This document shows positions 58,877-64,000 of a stretch of 64,000 nt of DNA, in pieces. The notes under the pieces were generated by a model. It worked only from the letters and a program-made list of their open reading frames with translations. It was not told the DNA's origin and did not search any database. The stretch covers positions 64,205 to 128,204 of the forward strand of contig CAMRUG010000003.1 of NCBI GenBank assembly GCA_947053925.1. The letters run 5' to 3'. Origin of the DNA: an uncultured Clostridia bacterium (lineage in GTDB: Bacteria > Bacillota > Clostridia > Christensenellales > CAG-314). The first letter of the stretch is position 1, and each line of letters starts with the position of its first letter. Position numbers and translations under genes: made by a program.

Positions 58877-58953
58877 AGGAGCATAGCTCAGCAGGTTAGA
58901 GCACCACCCTGATAAGGTGGGGGTCGGTGGTTCGAGTCCACTTGCTCCTACCA
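58877..58953 (+). tRNA. tRNA-Ile (GAT)
   Basis: 77-nt cloverleaf: AGGAGCA/TGCTCCT acceptor, GCTC/GAGC D-stem, CCACC-CTGATAA-GGTGG anticodon arm, T-loop TTCGAGT and CCA. Confidence 0.9.
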
Positions 58954-59121
58954 AAGTACCGCAAAGCGGTACTTTTTTTATGTTTACAAACAAGCATTGA
59001 ACTTGTTCATAAGCGAAGTTTGTGAGCATAAAAAGTACAATGGCGTAGCCGTTGTTGGTAGGAAAAGAGACGAGAACCGTTAGTTTGTTGAGACCACCAC
59101 CATTACATCGTAGATATAAGG
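58933..59121 (+). repeat. 189-bp direct repeat, copy 1 (tRNA-Ile 3' core + terminator + ~140 bp)
   Basis: About 98% identical by eye to 59258-59444. Differences are a 2-T indel and 2 substitutions. Confidence 0.85.
58956..58979 (+). terminator. rho-independent terminator after tRNA-Ile
   Basis: gtaccgc-aaa-gcggtac followed by T7. It is duplicated at 59281-59302 with T5. Confidence 0.75.
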
Positions 59122-59257
59122 CAAAGTGTTCGCTACGCTTGGCTAAGAAGGTGGGCGACTTTTTTTACTACTGCACCGCAACTTTTTTGTGCAACAGGAA
59201 TTATCGAAATAACGTAGCGCTCCGTTTCACTACGCTTACCCTGCGCTACGCTTGGGA

Positions 59258-59444
59258 CGAGTCCACTTGCTCCTACCAAAGTACCGCAAAGCGGTACTTT
59301 TTATGTTTACAAACAAGCATTGAACTTGTTCATAAGCGAAGTTTGTGAACATAAAAAGTACAATGGCGTAGCCGTTGTTGGTAGGAAAAGAGACGATAAC
59401 CGTTAGTTTGTTGAGACCACCACCATTACATCGTAGATATAAGG
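59258..59444 (+). repeat. direct repeat, copy 2, beginning with a second copy of the 21-bp tRNA-Ile 3' core
   Basis: cgagtccacttgctcctacca at 59258-59278 equals 58933-58953. The downstream 166 bp match copy 1. Confidence 0.85.
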
Positions 59445-59507
59445 TGGTCGGTGATGACGCGATTTGCGTAACAAATACGCTGAGGGGCGTTGCTGACGCT
59501 CCTTGCA

Positions 59508-59528
59508 CGAGTCCACTTGCTCCTACCA
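59508..59528 (+). repeat. third copy of the 21-bp tRNA-Ile 3' core
   Basis: cgagtccacttgctcctacca is identical to 58933-58953 and 59258-59278. A distinct terminator-like hairpin follows (aaacgaaccatcgttt...T-run). Confidence 0.85.
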
Positions 59529-60053
59529 TACCCAACCTAAAACGAACCATCGTTTTGGGTTTTCTTTTTTGTGTTTTTAATTTCAAGTAAAGGTTGTTAT
59601 TTACTTATTTAATTTATATCTTAATTATTTATTGTATTTTAATAAACAGCAATTTATAAAACTACAAATTCCCATAAAGCCAAACGCACGCCACAATCAC
59701 AATATTGTATTTATGTTATATACCATGTTTTGTGATTGTATCTATAGTATAAGCCACCGACACAGTAAATTTGACTTTTTTGACTGTGTAAAAGTATTGA
59801 TTTTAAATTTCAAATATGCTATACTGTTTATGCTAAACAATCATTATAGTCCCAAATTAGGAGTAAGGGCATTTTTTCATTTTATAGAAAAATTTTCAAC
59901 ATTACACAAATTGAATTTGACAAAAATGCAAATTCCTTTTATGTGTGTGTTGGACTATACCCTTACGCATAATGATTGTTTAGCGACTATTGGAGTTTGT
60001 GTTTTTTGTGCGCTTACTTCGGTAGGCGCACTTTTTATTTTACGGAGGAATAT

Positions 60054-60341
60054 ATGGGAGAAACTATTAAAGTAATTATTGTAATTTTGATAACTTTCGT
60101 GATTACTTTTTTTATCATAAAAAAATTTAAAAAGAAAGAGCTAGAAATTGAAGAAGAGACAAAAAATGATGAAATGATAACTAAAACAATTACAGGTGCA
60201 AGAGAATTAGTTGAGATGGCTGCTAACGATTATATTGCTAAAAAAACACGCGAAGGGTATGTCCTTATTTATAAAGCCCCGATTGAAAAATTGTATTGGA
60301 TAGTTTGTTCAACTACAATTACTATGAAAAAGATAAAATAA
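60054..60341 (+). CDS. small membrane-anchored hypothetical protein (95 aa)
   Basis: A GGAGG RBS lies 5 nt before ATG 60054. It has an N-terminal TM (IKVIIVILITFVITFFII). The track's longer frame (59976) lacks an RBS. Confidence 0.4.
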   Translation: MGETIKVIIVILITFVITFFIIKKFKKKELEIEEETKNDEMITKTITGARELVEMAANDYIAKKTREGYVLIYKAPIEKLYWIVCSTTITMKKIK

Positions 60342-60485
60342 TATAAAGACTGCCCGCGATAAATTTAAAATATTACACACAAAAGTATAACAATTAGTAC
60401 AAATAGTTTATAAATACGGTAGTTTTCTAATGAACGAGGTATTCTTTAGTGAATATAATAAAATTACTTTGGAGATGAAAAAAAT

Positions 60486-61100
60486 ATGTCAAAAGGATTA
60501 CTATACTTTGCTCGAAATTCTGCGTTTCAACATTTAATAAAAATAGGCAAAACTACACTTGCTACTTTTGAAGCGCGTGGACTGTCATCGTCTAATGTTC
60601 CCGAACCTTTTGAGGCAATAGCGATTTTTGAATGTGAAGATGTGGATTGGGTAGAAAAAAAGGTGCATAAACAATTTGAACAGTTTAGACATCACTCTCA
60701 AATTTGGCACAAAACAACTGAATTTTTTTGGAGCGGTTGTGTCGAAGAAGCAAAGATATATACACGCGATTTAAAAGGTGTAAAAGAAATTACCAACAGT
60801 GTTACGGAAGTAATCGAAACAACAACAGAGACTGGCGAAAAACAAACTAAAAGATTGCCTAATACAACTTTTGAAATGGTTGGCATTACAATCGGTGAAA
60901 AAATTTATTTTGAAAACGATACAACAAAAGTTGCGATAGTTAAAGATAAAATTAACAAGATTGAGTATGGCGGAAAAACTTACACACTTTCACAGTTGGC
61001 AAGTGAATTGGGCGGTGGCGGACGTGTTAGCGGTTCGTGGTATTTCTTTTATAATGGCAAACGGATATGGGAACTTCGCCCGGATCAACAAGAAAAATAA
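60486..61100 (+). CDS. T5orf172/MUG113 (GIY-YIG-like) domain protein
   Basis: GLLYFARN...IKIGKTT...EKKVHKQFEQFRH...TEFF matches the T5orf172 pattern (KIGxT ... E..lH..f...r ... EFF). Confidence 0.6.
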   Translation: MSKGLLYFARNSAFQHLIKIGKTTLATFEARGLSSSNVPEPFEAIAIFECEDVDWVEKKVHKQFEQFRHHSQIWHKTTEFFWSGCVEEAKIYTRDLKGVKEITNSVTEVIETTTETGEKQTKRLPNTTFEMVGITIGEKIYFENDTTKVAIVKDKINKIEYGGKTYTLSQLASELGGGGRVSGSWYFFYNGKRIWELRPDQQEK

Positions 61101-61179
61101 GTTTACAGATTATCATCTTTTCGTTTTAGGTTGTAATTACTCTACCAGTTGCGGCTTGTTTGTTGTCGCATATAAAAAG

Positions 61180-61202
61180 GGAGACAAAATGTCTCCTTTT
61201 TT
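61180..61202 (+). terminator. rho-independent terminator
   Basis: ggagac-aaaat-gtctcc followed by T6. Confidence 0.65.
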
Positions 61203-61242
61203 GTTATACTTTTTTGCTACTGCACCGCAACTTTTTTGATAA

Positions 61243-62154
61243 TTACTTTTTCTTTTCCTGACGGCGTTTATCGTTTATTACTGTCAATGCCTTTTCGTCT
61301 ATAAGCGTAATGCCTTCTTCTTTGGCGATTTTTACCATTTGCGTCAATGCCGCTTTTAAAAACACTCTCGGAATTTTTACAAGGTTTGCGCACGCTTCAT
61401 CGGTAAATTTAACATCTGGGTCTATCCGAGAAGCGGCATAAATAACCGATTTGACATCTCCATCGCGGGCAGGGATTTTCTCCGCAACGGGCTTTGTGAA
61501 CCTGGTATACCAAAAGTTTGTGCTGTCCCTATAACCGTAATCGACAGGTACACGCGGAAAACTGTTAGCCTTGACTCCGTTAACAATTGCGCTATGGTAT
61601 TTTTCTTGCATTAAAATACGGTCGATTTTTAATATGAAATGTGCGCCGAATTTGCTTGTTATTCCGTTAAAATTACGGTAAGGCGGTTCATACCCCTCCA
61701 AGAACCCTGCCTTGTCTAAATAAGCGTCTTCCAGGTCGCTTGCCCAACTGCATTCAAATACCTGATAGCTTTCTCCGACATATTTCGGTCTGTTCCCTTC
61801 AAGAGTGCTGTCGACAAGCGTAAACAGACAGCCTTTCATTTTTTCTTCCGTAGTATCCCCCGGAAAGCCGAGCCGCACCGCCTCTTTAAAATACTTGCGT
61901 TCGTCAGTGATAAAACTGAGCGTTACTTTGCCGTTACGCAAAATATTTTGTGCAGTGTTAGAACTGTTGCGGCATTCCAAAACCATTGCGTAATAGTCCT
62001 TGCCTGCTATGTAGTATGGAAAGCAAAGCGAATACGCTCCCAAATTAGTTTGTCCGTTTTCGCTAACTGTTCCTACCAAAGTTGTCGGCATAGGAAAGAA
62101 TGCCGAAGTCTGATAAAAATTATCTACGATGCGCAATTCTTTAAGTTTGTTCAT
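61243..62154 (-). CDS. flavin-reductase-like (FMN-binding split-barrel) domain protein
   Basis: The N-terminal FFPMPTTLVGTVSENGQTNLGAYSLCFP ... NTAQNILRNGKVTLSFI resembles the flavin reductase-like domain. The C-terminal ~130 aa are unknown. Confidence 0.45.
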   Translation of the reverse strand: MNKLKELRIVDNFYQTSAFFPMPTTLVGTVSENGQTNLGAYSLCFPYYIAGKDYYAMVLECRNSSNTAQNILRNGKVTLSFITDERKYFKEAVRLGFPGDTTEEKMKGCLFTLVDSTLEGNRPKYVGESYQVFECSWASDLEDAYLDKAGFLEGYEPPYRNFNGITSKFGAHFILKIDRILMQEKYHSAIVNGVKANSFPRVPVDYGYRDSTNFWYTRFTKPVAEKIPARDGDVKSVIYAASRIDPDVKFTDEACANLVKIPRVFLKAALTQMVKIAKEEGITLIDEKALTVINDKRRQEKKK

Positions 62155-62238
62155 TGTTACCTCCGAATATTACAATATATGACTACGTTTTAACTTTCGC
62201 ATATTTAAATTTAAAAACAGTTTAAAGATTAGCCTTTC

Positions 62239-63099
62239 CTAAAACATTACAAGCAAAAAGCCTACAAGCACACCGACAAACACGGCGAGAGCCGGCATTT
62301 TGCTTTTCCACATTAGGATAGATTCGGGCAGTAATTCGCCGAATACGACATACAGCATAGCGCCGCTTGCAAAGCCCAAAGACAACACCAGCATTATATC
62401 GTTAATACCGCCCAAAGCATACCCTATCAGCGCGCCCAAAACCGTAGGAAGTCCGCTAAGCGCCGTTAAAGGCACGGCTTTAACTTTACTCATTCCGCCT
62501 GATATAAGCGGCACAGACACGGACATGCCCTCAGGAATGTTGTGTAATCCGATTACTATCGCCATTATAAAACCGCTGCCCGAAAACAAGTCCGCAGTAA
62601 GGTTAGGCGTGGCGGCATAAGACGCGCCTATTACCATACCTTCGGGAAGATTGTGCAATGCTATTGCAAGCATCATAACAAGTCCCGCTACAAACAAATT
62701 AGATTTTTGCTTTTTGTGCGTTTGCAAATGGTTAGAGTGAATAAGCTCGTCCAAATCGTCTGCTGTTTGAGGATGCGCCTCGTCTATATGCGAGACTTCG
62801 TGATTCGTGCGCTTGTCGATTACTAAGTTGAGCAAATACACTAACGCATAACCGACAATTACTGCCGCAACAACTATCAAGGGCGTATAACTAGGCAAAT
62901 CGCCCGATTTCATCATTTCTATCGGTTCGCTCATCAAATCGAAGCACACCACCGACAGCATTATGCCGCCTGCAAAAGACAGCAGTAAACTGACTATCTT
63001 GTTAGACTCGCGCCGCAACAACGCGCCTACAAGACCGCCCAGTCCCGTACCGATAACGCCGGATATAAACGTAATTACTATAATTGCTAAATAATCCAT
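62239..63099 (-). CDS. ZIP-family divalent metal transporter (ZupT-like)
   Basis: Paired HNLPEGMVIG and HNIPEGMSVS motifs, a His-rich cytoplasmic loop and ~8 TM segments. Confidence 0.85.
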   Translation of the reverse strand: MDYLAIIVITFISGVIGTGLGGLVGALLRRESNKIVSLLLSFAGGIMLSVVCFDLMSEPIEMMKSGDLPSYTPLIVVAAVIVGYALVYLLNLVIDKRTNHEVSHIDEAHPQTADDLDELIHSNHLQTHKKQKSNLFVAGLVMMLAIALHNLPEGMVIGASYAATPNLTADLFSGSGFIMAIVIGLHNIPEGMSVSVPLISGGMSKVKAVPLTALSGLPTVLGALIGYALGGINDIMLVLSLGFASGAMLYVVFGELLPESILMWKSKMPALAVFVGVLVGFLLVMF

Positions 63100-63370
63100 A
63101 ATACTTTTCTTTCGTCCCGATAAAGTTGCATAAAATTGAACCGTGTAATTGTTAAAGTGTTACTAATTTATTGTCAGATTAAACGTGCAGTATTTTAATG
63201 CCGCAGTTTAACTTGCGTTTAATTTGTATTAGAGTTTACGCTAATCATTATTATATCACACATTAGTTATATAGCAAATAAACCTCGCTATTTAATATAA
63301 AATTTTATGTTTTAAAAGTGCAAATTTAAAAAGGGGAACGAGTAAGATCGTCCCCCTTATTGCTTTTAAA

Positions 63371-64000
63371 TCAGCCCTGCCAAAACTCCGTTTGTTCTAC
63401 ATAATTTGTTGCAACTCCGTATGTAGGTGTTTGCAAATTCAAATCTAAAGTTACGTCAAGTATGGATACCAACTTGATATTGCCGCCGAGTTTTGTCAAA
63501 TTGTAATCGCCGTCGTGATATATATTCAAATTTAATTCGCCAAGCATACTGTCGATTGCAGACAAATCTAATTTTAATACAAACGCCTGCGTTTCCGCAT
63601 TATATTCATACCATTTGATTATATCTTCGATACCGAAGTCGCTCTTCTTTTCGCCGTTCATAGCGTCGCGGATTTGACCTTCTATCATATTAGAGAAATT
63701 GACCATTTCTAAAATATAATCGAATGCTCCGTTTGCGAACTCTTGCGTTGTAAGATTTTCCGCCGCGTAATTGCGTTCGTCAATATATACGCCGTTTTTA
63801 GATTTCTCCACTTCTCTTTCAAGAGGACCGATAACGTTTTTGCCGCTTACGCATCTCCAACAATACTTATTGCCTGCAACAAGGTTACAGTCTATATCGT
63901 GCTTAGTGCAATGGTAATACGTTTCGGTTTCGGTATAATATATCGTCTTTTTTATATACGAGTTACGAATTACAGAAATGCGTTCGGTGTCGCCGTTGAA
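63371..64000 (-). CDS. hypothetical protein (partial; N-terminus beyond the window end)
   Basis: I checked codon by codon: the frame of the track ORF (GTG at 63811) stays open upstream to position 64000. The in-window N-terminal part contains Cys pairs (CTKHDIDC, CWRC). Confidence 0.5.
   Translation of the reverse strand, partial: FNGDTERISVIRNSYIKKTIYYTETETYYHCTKHDIDCNLVAGNKYCWRCVSGKNVIGPLEREVEKSKNGVYIDERNYAAENLTTQEFANGAFDYILEMVNFSNMIEGQIRDAMNGEKKSDFGIEDIIKWYEYNAETQAFVLKLDLSAIDSMLGELNLNIYHDGDYNLTKLGGNIKLVSILDVTLDLNLQTPTYGVATNYVEQTEFWQG

Noticed and set aside
58627-59590. Track ORFs 58627-58833, 58802-59029, 59052-59348, 59236-59586 and 59375-59590
   Set aside because: They run through tRNA genes, tRNA 3'-core repeats and the duplicated att-remnant sequence. 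The duplicated peptides (MLVGKET...LLRPPPLHRRYK) merely reflect the 187-189-bp DNA repeat, and no RBS is present.
59632-60075. 147-aa plus-strand ORF in AT-rich DNA after the tRNA-Ile remnants
   Set aside because: It starts at a non-ATG (TTG) codon in AT-rich intergenic DNA, has no RBS and has a low-complexity, odd composition. A terminator-like hairpin (60008-60035) lies inside it. The RBS-preceded start at 60054 in another frame is more credible.

Overview
Low-GC Firmicute-like chromosome segment; a SpoIIID homologue suggests a spore-forming Clostridia relative. Positions 1-37.9 kb and 61.2-64 kb are mostly housekeeping. They include a partial hexokinase, a minus-strand shikimate operon (aroC-aroB-aroA/aroE fusion-aroQ-aroK), two MBL-fold paralogues, patatin, a Fur/PerR-rubredoxin-like-reverse rubrerythrin cluster, ttcA, spoIIID, glyQS, tex, a uridine-kinase fusion, PPIase, an M29 aminopeptidase, a lysine-riboswitch-controlled NhaC transporter, two ATP-grasp ligases and a ZIP transporter. 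Positions 38-61 kb are accessory and defence DNA. (1) A complete type II-A CRISPR-Cas locus on the minus strand (cas9-cas1-cas2-csn2-leader-array), with a divergently transcribed predicted tracrRNA. Its array is split by a 279-bp insert carrying a small acidic ORF. (2) An ~8.5-kb island integrated in the 3' end of tRNA-Val, flanked by 21-bp direct repeats. It carries a large serine recombinase, an XRE + KilA-N pair, a fused nuclease-methylase-specificity (type IIB/IIG-like) R-M gene interrupted at a G8 tract, and an ImmA/IrrE + DUF4411 pair. (3) A tRNA-Ala/tRNA-Ile locus followed by tandem gene-less att-flanked remnants and a T5orf172 gene. The findings I rate highest are the ORF embedded in the CRISPR array, two long G/C homopolymers placed where phase variation would act (the R-M reading frame, and a promoter spacer upstream of a DUF898 membrane protein), and a ~70-nt leader motif duplicated in inverted orientation in front of both the recombinase and the R-M gene. 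All functional calls come from reading motifs in the translations; no database search was possible.
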